Shown here one piece after another: positions 1-11,411 of a DNA stretch of 64,000 nt. The notes beneath the pieces are model-generated. The model searched no databases. It was given only the letters and a program-made list of their open reading frames with translations, and was not told where the DNA came from. Position numbers and translations under genes: made by a program. This stretch comes from Amoebophrya sp. A120 (Eukaryota > Protista > Dinoflagellata): assembly GCA_905178155.1 (NCBI GenBank), contig CAJINV010000001.1, positions 220,344 through 284,343 of the forward strand. The letters run 5' to 3'. Each line of letters starts with the position of its first letter. Within the stretch, counting starts at the first letter, position 1.

Positions 1-156
1 CTGAAGCTGCGAAGCTGCAGCAACGGGGCCCCGCCGCGCCTCCTTTGGGCTCTGCGGCCGCCGGACTTTTCCATGGAGCTGCTGGCCTCTCGGTTGCCTT
101 AGCAGTTCTATGACAGAAAAACAGCCGCCGCAACAAAGAGAAACGCGGAACAGCTT

Positions 157-661
157 CCGGAATCTGTTCGCACATAGAGAGGGAGGCGGCGCGAACGCCC
201 TCCAGCTCTAGGCAAAAGCGACGCCGAGGCCTCTCAGCAAGTCAGCGCCTTCGCTTCCAGGCTTGCTCGCTTTCGTTTCCCCGCCTTCCCAGGTTTTCAG
301 CCTTCCCGGCTTCTCCAGTTTGCTCAACCTTTCGAACCTCATTCGCCTTTTGAGCTTCTCAGCCCCCTCAGCCGCCCCAGTCTTTCTTACAGGCTTCCCT
401 AGCCCTCCCAGTTCTCGCAGTCTGTTCAGTTTTTCCCGCCTTTTTCGTCTTTCCACTCTTTCCCGTCTCTATCTTCCTTGTCCCGAAGGTCTGGCCTCCC
501 CGCCTCGTTGTGTTCCGCCGTTTGCCTCGTCGCTTCTGCGTGGTTTTCAAACTGTTCGCAGATAGAGAAACAGGCCCCGCAACAGACACAAGAAAACACG
601 GGAGAAAATGGCCGCCGGAATCTGTTCGCACATAGAGAAGGAGGCGGCGCGAACGCCCTCC
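157..661. repeat. 47-bp direct repeat pair (157-203 and 615-661) in GC-rich non-coding DNA
   Basis: ccggaatctgttcgcacatagagaRggaggcggcgcgaacgccctcc present twice with 1 mismatch. Confidence 0.85.
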
Positions 662-1204
662 CGATCTTTCTACGCAAAAGCTCCGGCCAAGCTTCCGAGA
701 AAGTCCCGCCGCGGAAAATATGAGGCGCGCCATGATCTTCAAACGCGCATAGTTCTCAAAATAAACGCACAAGCAAAGATCCACAAAACGGCCCACACCT
801 GCGGAAAAATAAGATCGGCAGCCAGCGACTTGCCAAGTTAAATGCCGCTCCATAGCCAGAATTATCCGCAAGAGCTCCGCAAATATATAATTTGGCCAAG
901 AGCAGAGCGGCCGCGTCTCGAATCTCATCGAAACAACCAGGACCCCAGTGGCTACCTGAAACTGACTAGCTGACACACCCGTACCATTCCCCCCCGTCCT
1001 TTCCTTCTAGTTCTGCTTCCCCCCTCCCAGTGCTCTCGATTTCGCTTCGGGATAGAGATTCCTTCCCCCTGGCTAGTAAATCAGTGGATAAGTAAGTGCA
1101 ACAGCACGTGAACAAGAAAAGAAAACACGCGCGAAGATACTGCTTACTGTGAAAGCGCTTAAACTTAACATGCACCAGTGCAGCACTGGTGACGCACGTT
1201 GATT

Positions 1205-2452
1205 TCATGGTGGATATGCTTCTCCGCTCTCACGGTCGGCGTTTTTGTACTCCATGCGGTCCGGGGAAGCCCCGTCAAGCCGCGGGTCGCCACAATATCC
1301 AGTGCAAACATGTCTCGGCCTGGCTGTCGGAAAGATATTACTGCATAAGTTTGTCATCCTTTTGGTACCTGACCCGGAAGGTCATCTCGCGTGCACTGCA
1401 AGCCGAAGCCCTAGTTGTAGCAACATCACATCTCAATGTTGCCTTCTAATCCGAATGACAATTCGAAGTCACCTTTTTCGGTATACAAGAAGTGAGCAGG
1501 GCGCCTCTTGCTGTCCACCACGAGTGATAGATGTTCCGCGGGGTCCAACGAATTCTTGCGCATCGCAAATGTGCAAGCATCTTTCCCGACCCAGACTACA
1601 TAGTTGCAATGCATACACAGGCTAGAATGTTGAACTCACTGATGACCTGAAAATGTACAAGGTTCAGGTTGTAAATTCTTCAGGCCTCCTCTACTGCAGG
1701 TAGAAAGTAACTGTGTCAGTGAAAAAAAAGCTCTACTTTTGCGGAAACATCGTGAGAAATCTGCTTGGCATTACTGTCTAAGTACTACTTCATGCGCAGG
1801 TCGTAGTACGTCTACGTGGGATAGACGAAAAATAGCTAGATGATGGATGAACGTGATCTTTTCGTCACTCGTAGTTTTTCATCAAGCAAAACTACCTGTG
1901 TAGTAGTACTTGGGTCCACTGGTTGCCTTTTGCGTCGCCGACCTGCGTCTCGGCGTCATAGGTGGCATATGCACTGCAAAACCAAAAGTATTGCACTACG
2001 TAGGAAATGCATTACAAATTTTCCCAAATCGAAAAACGGAATTTGTAATGCTGGTTATGATGAAAAAAAACATTTGTCATGCAGTAACTGCATAATTAGT
2101 AGTACTTCGAAGCTTACCAGTGCGATGCTTTTGCATAGGATATGGCAAGGCGGTTGCGACACCGCTCGGTCGGTGATTGGATTCTCGCCATGAGAACCTC
2201 GGAGTTTCGCTTCGGGATCGCCTTCTTGATGGTCGTGTCGTGCGCTGGGGAAGTCGAAGTTGTAGTACTAGACGCTGTACTTGGCCGCGCAGGTTCTTTA
2301 TCTTCGTAGTCGTTATTCTGCTTCGTCAGCATCTCGTGTTCACGTTCCTTAAGCGACACCGTCGCGAACGGTGGCTGCATGTCTACCAGCTCTCCCCAGG
2401 TGAAGCCGTTTAGGATATCAAAATGAAAGAAAGTGATCCCCTTGTTCCCCAT
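1205..2452 (-). CDS. hypothetical protein, multi-exon (5' end unresolved)
   Basis: ORF 2114-2452 continues in frame after removing element 1968-2142 (NRLA|TYDAETQVGDAKGNQWTQ). A probable GT-AG intron then leads to VISEFNILAC|GDPRLDG across element 1296-1615, with a stop at 1205. Confidence 0.4.
1296..1615. mobile_element. TIR intron element, group A (degenerate)
   Basis: tatccagtgcaaacatgtct...gacccagactacatagttgcaatgcata; DR cacaa/cacag. Confidence 0.7.
1968..2142. mobile_element. TIR intron element, group D
   Basis: tatgcactgcaaa...gatgcttttgcataggata; DR tggca/tggca. Confidence 0.85.
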
Positions 2453-3784
2453 ATTTATTCGAAGCGAAACCTGCGATGCAGGAGGCGGATTTTTTGTGTA
2501 GTACGCAAATCAGAACAACAACAGCTGCATCAGATTACTTATATCTGCCTCGCCATGAATGATGCGCGGGACACCTCTGTTGTGGCGGCAAATCTAAATC
2601 AGCAACACAGACTTTTCCTTTTCCATTTTACTTTTAGGTATGGGCTGCAGGGAAAAAAGGATTTCCACGATACAGGAGCTCGGAGCGCGTCCGAGACGTC
2701 GTTGTTCTGGTCCCGCCATGATCCAGCCCCAGTGCAAGCTGCCGCAGAGAAACGGGTCCAAAGTAGTCCCACCAGGGGAAGGGAAGATGCTCGTCAGTGT
2801 TCCTTTTTTCATTTTGTCGTGCATCCGAAGGAGCCGAACTGGCAGGGGGCTGCTGCTCTTCTATTTCTTTTTCTTCTGCTGTCGCCCCCGGCACAGCGGA
2901 AAAAATACTTCTTTCTCCATCTGCACGGCCCGGACCGAGGAGAACGAGGAGCAGGGCATATAAAAATCCCGGACTCGGACGAGACGAAAAGCTTACAACT
3001 GCGACATGGACATTCATCATCATCTTGATAATGCCGTAGAACTCAACTCCTGGTAGTGCCACCTCGACTTGGACTTACACAGAAATGTTGCACTTGAAAC
3101 TACATAAGTAAAAGAACGCTCGCTGTTTTCATTCTACCACGATACTAGACTGCGACGCTTTCATGGCAAGGCGGCGATAATTGGTCGTGCTGGATCATTA
3201 TTTCCTACTACTAGAAGTAGAAGACACATGATCCTGAGCATCTGCAACCACTTTGCTTGTTATTACGGGCAGCACCCACCTTGCTTTCGTAATGAGAAAG
3301 GGCAGCTGCAACTCTAACTCATTTTCTATATCTAATTTATTACAAAAAGATCGACGACGGAATCAAGCGCAAGCCGCTTAGTAAAATATCAGTTTCATAA
3401 TTTTGAAGCTCAGTCTGTCCGATTGCGTTTCAGCTTCGTATATAGCTTTTACAGGAACAAAGACAGAAACACGCTTGCTATTGTTATTGACCTCGAACAG
3501 TAACAGGAGTATGTCGATGTTCAAAATGTTGTTCATGCAACGCTGTCATTTTTGACTTTTACTCTGGTCGTCGTCGGCCCCTGTAACTTCTTGTTTGAGA
3601 AGTTGTGTATAATTTTTTACATACTACTAATTATAAGTAGCTGCTTCTTCTTCTTCTTCGTCTTCTTTGTTTAAAGTTGTTTTCATCTCTACTTGGTCTG
3701 TGTCATCGCGCCAGCACCCTGGGCTGCTCATCGTCAATGTAAGAAAGAGAAAGAATATGTTCAAAAGACCGCCTTCCCTGTTTT

Positions 3785-6700
3785 TCAACGAGGTGTGCCA
3801 CTTTCTGCATTTCCCCACCAGTTGTCGTCGTTTGGCTTGTAGGGTGTGTGGTCGGCAACAGCTGTGGGGTTGGTCTATCATATGCAAAAACGTCGCCACC
3901 CCATAGTCAAAAGTTTCTCTGTGCTTTAAAAATTTGGTCTTTTTTTCTAGTACATAAACACCCCATAGTCAATGATTGGGAACTTAGCAACACAAATCTA
4001 GAAGCTTTGGGACGAGCCACGCATGACAAGTTCTTACAGTCTGTAGTGTAGTGCACGTTAGCTGCAAGGACAACCGCATCAAAAATCCATCTGCATCTGC
4101 TGATCCTGTCTGCAGCATTACAAATGCCGAAACACGACTGGAAGTGCCTCCCTTCCCATTGGGGTTGGGGATGCGCATAATTTATTACAAATGCTCCCGT
4201 AGTCGCAAATCTGCATGACAACTCTCGGGAGGTGGAGCAGACGTCAGTTTTACTCAGGATATTGTTTCGTCTATGGTCATTTCGAACCAGTATTTCCACT
4301 TCCCACCACCTTGGTCCCTGCAAGCAGGCGGCCGCGCGACGAAATCCCAAAAAGTGCCGCACTCTACCAGAATGACCCAGAACATGTCGTACAATCGGGA
4401 AATCTCAACTGTAAAAGTGTCTGGGTCTGGAAGGTCGCCAGTTTTGTCATGCATATTTTGCATGCCCCAGGATGTCTGTAATGCATGCTCTAGCATCACA
4501 TATTTCTAGAAGCCTTCCTGATGCCTTTCCCGCATGACAAATGCCCTCCCCGCGTAGCACAAAGTGTAACTGGGCTCCTTTATTTGCTGGTCATGCAATA
4601 CAGATTTTTTTATAATGCAAAGTGAGCATCACAAGTTCCAACCTTCCAGACCCAGACATATATGCAATGCATAAGAGATCTCTTCACCCAGATCCGCGAA
4701 AATCACCGAGCCCATAGAGGTAAAAGAGTGCAGCTTCCTTATCAAAAGGAAAAATCCCCCCTCCCCATATTGACACGGCATCTTTTCGAAAATTTGCGTT
4801 GCTGATTTGTGACCACAAATCGTCTCTGTGTTGCATCAAGGCAACTCCACAGGCTCCGCCGCATTCTTCTACAGGCTGTCTGTCATGCTGTTGCACCTAC
4901 AGCGTAGACGCCTGCCATGCTAAGCGCCTAGGCCAAAACCTGTCTACTCAGGCTTAGTATGGGCCTGCAGTCCTCGCCAGCAAGACAAATCTGATTTGTG
5001 CACGCAAATCCAGCATCAGAAACTTCGTTTTGATATGGGGAGGGGGGATTTTTCATTCTGATATTCCTCTTGGCCTGGGCAAAGTCGGTCAGGATCGGCA
5101 GGAACGGCAGAGAGAAGACGGCCAGCACCGCACCGACTTCCAGTAAAAAGGCGGCCCGCGGCAGGTAGAGAGTGGTCTCTTTATGCACCAGACCCATAAC
5201 CGCTCCGCGGCGGCGAAACCCTCCCAGTAGCACCTCCTGCCCTCCAAATCCCTTTTTCTTCCGCGTTCCTAACACGAAAGTACAAACCAGGAACAGGAAA
5301 CAAAATGCCCAACCAGAAAGGAGCAGCCAAGCGCGAACAAAGTAAAATTTCCAGTATTGCTCCAACGCCGCAAATCCCACGAAAAAACTGGCTCACTGTG
5401 ATGATTTTGCAAGTTTTGCATCACAAGTTTGGTGCCCTACATCAGAGGTCGTTTGCCATGCGAGCTTCCTAAGGGAAAACATGCCCACAAATGCATTATC
5501 TTGCATGATGTGTAGCAAGACAGACACATTATTTGCGATACACTTTCTGCATCACAAGTTCACAGTGAAACAGTTTTTTCTTGCGATACCACAAGCTTCG
5601 CGCTGCCGACACCAGTCCAGCTAGAGGCTATCGTGAGAAAAAAGTGTAAGTGTTACAGTTGCACTTTGTGTTCTTGCAGGAGCCGCAAGACAGACAATCT
5701 TTGTCATGCAGGAAATCGAAATGCTCACGGGCCCCGTTTCCTAGTACGTATTATTTTCCCTTATGATCTCTCCATTTACAAGTTTTCATTTTCTCTGCCA
5801 CACAAAGAAAATTTGTGATGCGGAAATTCCAACAAATGTGTAACTGTATACACTTTTCTCCTGTGATAGAGAGAGATGAGTCGGAATTCCCGGCCGGTCT
5901 GATGGTCCCAAGACAACCGAACAGCGCCACGCCCAAATTTACATCTTCGACCCAGAATTACTGGTGGAACGGACCCCCAACCTTATGGAGATCGAAACTT
6001 GCAATCAAGTTGCCAAAGACTTGCGCGACCCATATTCGCGAGGGTCGCGACAGCTTCAACATGAGCTGCTCTGCGAGCGCACCTGCGACGCGCCCAACTT
6101 TGAAACCAACAACAGGAGGACAAGCCGCGGCACGGTGCGACGCTTTTACTTTTTGTGCCATTTCATACTATTTTTCACGTTTAGTGCCAGGCACCAAAGC
6201 CGACTTGCTTTGAAATCAAAACACGACCCGAATCCGGACAATTGGCCGCTCCAACCTAAGCTGCCCAATGTCGAGACTCAGACCAGGCGTAGGTTGTTTT
6301 GGGTGCCGCCTTCGGTGCTTTTTCGGTAATACTCAGAAAAAAAAACGCGCCTGCCGCTAATCAGCCCGCCCGATCCATCGCTGCGCGGCAGCCAGCCAAT
6401 GCCGAAAAGGCCGCCGAGCCCGGTACCCCAAAAAGACCGGCAGGCCGCACGGAGCGAGGGGGCGCGCCAGCCCGGGCGGGCGGCGTTGGGCGCTAGGAGT
6501 GGCACTCCAAGTGGGGCCGCTTCGGCACTACAAAAACGCCTCGCGAGAGCCAGAGCCCCACCACCCCGCCAAGCTCGGGCACCCAGGCAGCCCGAGCCCG
6601 TGCGAAACAGGGACTTTGAACATCCCCGCGAGCGGCGCAGCCAATGCATCGAGGCGGCCCCCACCTAAATGAAAAAGAGCCGCGCCCCGCGGGCGTCTAG

Positions 6701-9700
6701 TTCGTGCGAAATGCTGCCCCATGTCTGCGGAAAATATCTGCCCCTAGTCGCACGCTTAAAGTTTTGCAAACGCGGCGCCTTCGCGTGAACATTATGGATG
6801 GCTATTCCTGCGGCACAGATTTGGACTTTGGAGCGCTATAAAATGAAAAAAAAGCCCCCGCTTGAGTTCTTGGATTTTGAATTTGCGCCCGCCTTTCACC
6901 TAACTTAGTTTTTCAAAATCGCCGCCGCGATTGCAATTCTTAGAAACCGGAAATCGTGTCCGTCCCGTGCGTTTTTTTTGTCCTCCGGTCGCCCCTCTTG
7001 ATTTCTGCTTTTTGCAATGCCATAAATCAAAAGTGCTCAAGTTTTTTTAAGGTTTTTTTCAAGTTTCTTCTGCTCCTGTTTTGGGGGCCCGTTACTGGAG
7101 TAACAGAAGAGCTGCCAGGTTTCGAAAATGAGTAGGGTCCCCATGCCAACAGTGGCTCCGTACCGGTGCACGACCGTCTTGAACATTGCGTTGGCCCTGG
7201 CGATTTGATTTACTACGTCGTCCGGCGTCGTCTTCTCGCGGTCCCTTGCAGATTATGAGAGTGCACAACTCCCCCTCCCCCTCATTTGTATTGCATGAGC
7301 AGCAATACAAGCGTCAGCAAGAGTACAGGTTTGGCATGACAAATTTGGACACGAGTATCGTGCTATTTGGGCTGCCAGAACTTGTCATGCAAACAATGCC
7401 AAGAGCCGAGGCGTAAATTTGGTATTTTGCATGACAAATGAGGGGGAGGGGGAGTTGTGCACCCTCGTACTGATGTTCCAAGTTCTTGCACCTTGTCGTT
7501 GGATATCCTGTGCAAAAGCATCGCACTCGTAGTCATAATCGTATTCATGCATAATTATGTCTTTTTCAAGACAAATCCGCATTACAAATTTTCTCTCTCA
7601 TGCTGAGGAACTTATTTGTCATGCGATTTATTACATTAGTACGATACTTTTGCAGTGCATATTGGCGTATTTGTCATGCGGCTCCTGCTGCTGCTCCTGT
7701 AGTTGCTCGCGTTCGGCATTTTTACCTTCGCCTGGCTCGTCTTGTTCTCGTCCGGGGATCGTCCCCTCGCTTATTTGCGAGGACGAGAGTGCTTTCATTT
7801 CTTCATCGGTGGCGCTGGGAACCGCGGCCGTGAAAATCAGACAGACCGCTGGGACCACCAGCCAGATAATCCGCAGGACGATGTAGTGAAAAGGCTCGCG
7901 GTTGATGACGTTTCGCGCCTTGTCCAGGAATGCGACCGGTTTTCGAACAGTCAGCTGCCCCTCGTTACCCGTCCAATTGTCTTTCACGTCGTATTCGCTA
8001 ATCGAATTTCGGCTGTCATAGATCACCGTCGTGTAGCGGGAGAGAAGCAGACAGACTTGCTGCGCTACGAGACAGGTGGTCCAAATACGCCCCTGTCCGG
8101 TCTTCGTACTCTGGGTGACCGACGAAATGGTTCCCTGCAAGACGATATGACATGCAAATATGTCTGGGTCTTGAAGAGTGCAAGTTTGTCATGCTTGTCT
8201 GGCATGACTCGAGAATCTGTGTTGCATAGGCACGAAAAGGCCCTCTTGCCTGTCATGCAAAAGCAGTTTGCCATGCGGAATACGTAACAAGACATGGAAG
8301 CCAAAATAAAATTTGTCATGCATAGCTGCGTATTGCAGTGCGTCTACCGTTCACTTTTAACATTACAAATTTCCAGACCCAGACATATTTGCATTTGATA
8401 CACGAAGTCGTGCGGAAGCATCAAATACTCGTCGTCGTAGGACATGGGCATGAAGACCAACCAGCAGGGGTACAGCAGGCCTATGGATTGCAAAAATGTC
8501 TGGTGGGTCTGCAATAAAGATGCAACTTGTCATGCGCAATTTAGATCATGAAAAAATCTGTCATGCACGGGGAGCAAAAGTGGCCCTTTTTCTGGTCTCC
8601 GAAGAAAGGGTGGATTTGTCATGCGGATTAGGCATACATTGAGAAACCTGCTCAAATAAACCTGTGTTGCTGGGGCTCGCATGCCAGACCTTCTGTGTGA
8701 CGCAGACTCTGCATCACAAACATTTGCAATCTTCCAGACCACCCAGATGACCACGTATTTGCAATGCATAAGGCCGACCAGAATGCAAAGGAAGCCGTAC
8801 CCGACAAACACGATCGTGTGCACGTAGTCGATCCGCAAACGGGAGATATGCACGGCGTACTGGTACGTCATAATCTCGTCCGTCAAAGAACCGATGTCAC
8901 GCGTCGCGTGGAATTGCGCATCGTGTTTCTTTATGCAATGCAAATTTCCTGCACATGTACAAAATGCATCACAAATGTCACCAACTTGGAGCATGCCACT
9001 TGTCATGCTGAATAGAAATGAAACAAAATTTTGTCATGCAGACACCGCATTGGTACGTGTGTGGAAAATTTCCTGTGGATATTCTTCACCGCGGTAGCAT
9101 GGGTGACCGCTTGCGCTTGTAGGTGCTCGATCTCTTCCCTCTGCGCTTGGTTCTGTTCCTCCAGTGCGCGCAACCGCTCCTCAAACGATAAGGCCCCTGC
9201 AGCTGCTGGTGCTGCAACAGGAACACCAGCAGCCCGTGCTGGTTCCTCTTGTTGTTGTTGTGCAGCCACCTGGATCATCGTTGTACTAGCTCCCCCGCTG
9301 GACGATGACGGCTGCTGGGCCGTCGTCGCTTGAAGATCATTTCCTGCACCGGAACCAGAAGCACTTACACTTGTACTAGTACCGGCCTGCTGCGCATGTA
9401 GTTGCTCTTCCTGTTCCTCTCTCGTTGGCATCAACAGAAAGGATGCTGAGGCCGACTCGTCCTCCTGGGACGTCGCAGCGCGAGCGGCCGCTGCCCCCTG
9501 CTCGTGCCGTGTATCATCATCAATTGCAGAGGTTCTTGCAGCTCCGGAAGTAGCAGACTGGCGCTGATGTTGACCACGACCTTCAGCGCCACCTGCTACT
9601 TCCATGATCGAGGACAACTCCACATCGCGTTCTTCCTGCCCGGTATTCTTTAAAACGCGAGTGGCCAGAAGGTGCTCGACGTGCGCTACCTGCGGGGAAA

Positions 9701-9911
9701 TAAACGTGGGATCATCTTCGAGATGAACTTTAGAATTATCACGACCCGTGCTTATGTCATCCAATTGCTTTTCGACGTCCGTGTGCAGGTGTATTTCATC
9801 AGCCCGGGCGAAGGTGTGGATCTGAATGATGAAGGAAGGAACAAGCACCACGGCCAACGCGGCGACCACCCAGCATGTCGTGGTCCTAGCAGAAGTACTA
9901 GTTGCCAGCAT
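3785..9911 (-). CDS. multi-pass membrane protein, paralog A of an uncharacterised family; 12 exons split by 11 TIR elements
   Basis: Removing each element plus one DR gives one open frame: signal-like N-terminus, coiled coil FEERLRALEEQ, then LPHDFVLQGTISSVTQSTKTGQGRIWTT...WLVVPAVCLIFTAA...VHRYGATVGMGTLLIFETWQL|FWVEDV...RAAFLLEVGAV. This is colinear with the paralogs at 18.7-26.1 kb. The 3' end is uncertain. Confidence 0.8.
3876..4261. mobile_element. TIR intron element, degenerate B-like
   Basis: tatcatatgcaaaaacgtc...gacgtcagttttactcaggata; DR tggtc/ttgtt; removal keeps the frame open. Confidence 0.6.
4403..4673. mobile_element. TIR intron element, group A
   Basis: tgtctgggtctggaag / cttccagacccagaca arms; DR eroded (ggaaa/agaga); join EEIS|RLYDMFW. 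Confidence 0.85.
4740..5063. mobile_element. TIR intron element, group B
   Basis: tatcaaaaggaaaaatccccc...ggggggatttttcattctgata; DR ttcct/ttcct. Confidence 0.92.
5373..5588. mobile_element. TIR intron element, group F
   Basis: aatcccacgaaaaaactg...cagttttttcttgcgata; DR ccgca/ccaca. Confidence 0.8.
5629..5868. mobile_element. TIR intron element, group F
   Basis: tatcgtgagaaaaaagtg...cacttttctcctgtgata; DR gaggc/gagag; join DSSLS|SWTG. Confidence 0.8.
5958..7103. mobile_element. large (1146 bp) TIR intron element with TTA...TAA ends
   Basis: ttactggtggaacggacccccaa ... ttgggggcccgttactggagtaa; perfect DR cagaa/cagaa; removal joins WQL|FWVEDV, matching VQLFWGENV of paralog B. Confidence 0.88.
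7254..7469. mobile_element. TIR intron element, group C
   Basis: tatgagagtgcacaactccccctccccctcatttgt / inverse; DR cagat/ctgat. Confidence 0.92.
7504..7661. mobile_element. TIR intron element, group D
   Basis: tatcctgtgcaaaagcatcgcact...agtacgatacttttgcagtgcata; DR ttgga/ttggc. Confidence 0.9.
8146..8400. mobile_element. TIR intron element, group A
   Basis: group A arms; DR gacga/cacga; join HDFV|LQGT. Confidence 0.92.
8482..8770. mobile_element. TIR intron element, group A
   Basis: group A arms with small insertions; DR aggcc/aggcc; join LVGL|LYPCW. Confidence 0.92.
8932..9081. mobile_element. TIR intron element, group G
   Basis: tatgcaatgcaaatttcc...ggaaaatttcctgtggata; DR ttctt/ttctt; join AVK|KHDAQF. 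Confidence 0.88.
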
Positions 9912-9927
9912 CCTTGGAGCTGTTCGC

Positions 9928-10506
9928 GCCACAACGGCTCGTCCCAGCGGTACGTGTGGCACGGTCATGTCTCGCATGCGCGGGAACAGTCCGGTAGAAG
10001 CCCTAAGGCCCAAGTGAATACCTAGATTTTCCATGAAACCGATGAGGCCGAAGGTCGTAATGTCTCGAAAGACGATACAAAGAGAAACGGCGCCTCGAAA
10101 AGCACTACCTAAACGCACAGTGGTATCGATGGGACCGAAAGACGTAATGTCTCGAAAGATGTACATACAAAAAGAAAAAGCGCTTCGAGAAGCAACACAT
10201 AAATGGCTGGCGTAGATCGGCTTGGCGAGGAATAAGGACTCGATCTTCCTGGTTGTAGTTTTCAGCTCGCATATCCGGGTCTGGTCGTACGCAAGTCAGT
10301 TCAGCAAATAAGAGTTCGTAGTACAGCAAAGGAAAGCTGTCCTGTCGTATCATGTGAACAGCCTTTCGTAAGTCGTCCTGTCGGGGAATAAGGTCTCGGT
10401 GTTCCAGCTCGTTGTTCTCCGCTCGAAAATGCAGGTCAGGTCGTATTCAAATCACGTCAGCAAAGAAAAGCTCGTAGTGCCACAACGGCTCGTCCCAGCG
10501 GTACGT
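9928..10506. repeat. segment bounded by exact 28-bp direct repeats and containing two internal diverged duplications
   Basis: gccacaacggctcgtcccagcggtacgt at 9928-9955 and 10479-10506; internal repeat pairs at about 10050/10137 and about 10227/10384. Confidence 0.8.
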
Positions 10507-11411
10507 ATTTGATATTTGTCGCCAGCGGCACCACCTAGGCACGGACAACGACATAGACAAGAACTACGAGAATCTCCTCGCTTTCGCAGGCAATCATTTG
10601 AAGAATCTCATACAAAAAGACACGGCAAGTTGTTGAACTACGTGTACGTTCTCGTCTTCTCTCTCCTAGCTACAATCTCTTCTAAACTTAAATTTTGAAG
10701 GCGCCTCTTGACAAGCCATAGTGCCCATGTACGCATTTCGTTCGTTCGTGTTCTGTTGAACCTGAAACGGAAACAGTAGCTAGAAAGAGAAAGATCAACA
10801 AGAGTAATACAAAGGACACACAGGTGGCGAGCGGTGGATCGATGAAATACAACTTATTCAACATCACGTGGCGCCGTAGTACAGCTCTGGTGTTCGCTCC
10901 AGCATGACAGACGGGTTGATCATATGCTAAAGCCAAGACATCTCGGGCCGTCGTCGTCGTGGTCCTCAGACTTTAAAACCTTTCACTCGTGGTCCTCAGA
11001 CTTTATTATGCTTTCACCTTTCACTCCCAGAAGCAGAACGTCTGAAGCTGAACACAACTACCGTATGAAGTCGAACAAATGAACTTCAGATCTGTGTGGC
11101 GATCATGTTTTCGAACCAGCGTCGTCGGCAGTTGAGAAGGAGGTTATACCGAATCGTTGGCTTTTACTAGAAGAAAGTTTCAGTTCCCGCATTTTCTTCG
11201 TGAAAAGAATGCGCTGGCACTGATGACATCTTCAAATAGTTGTACCCTGCTCTCTTCATCATCTACTCTGCATCAAGAACTAGAGCCATGTTTTAACAAT
11301 GTAAAAAGACCAAGAAGTACTTATCGTGACGTTGCTCCACATGAAGACCATGATAGACGGGAAGAAGTTTCTATAGGTTTGCGTATAGAAACTTCTCAAA
11401 GCTGCAGTTCA

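Noticed and set aside
5958-5960. In-frame TAA as stop-codon reassignment
   Set aside because: The TAA is the terminus of the 1146-bp element, and the reconstructed genes need no recoding.
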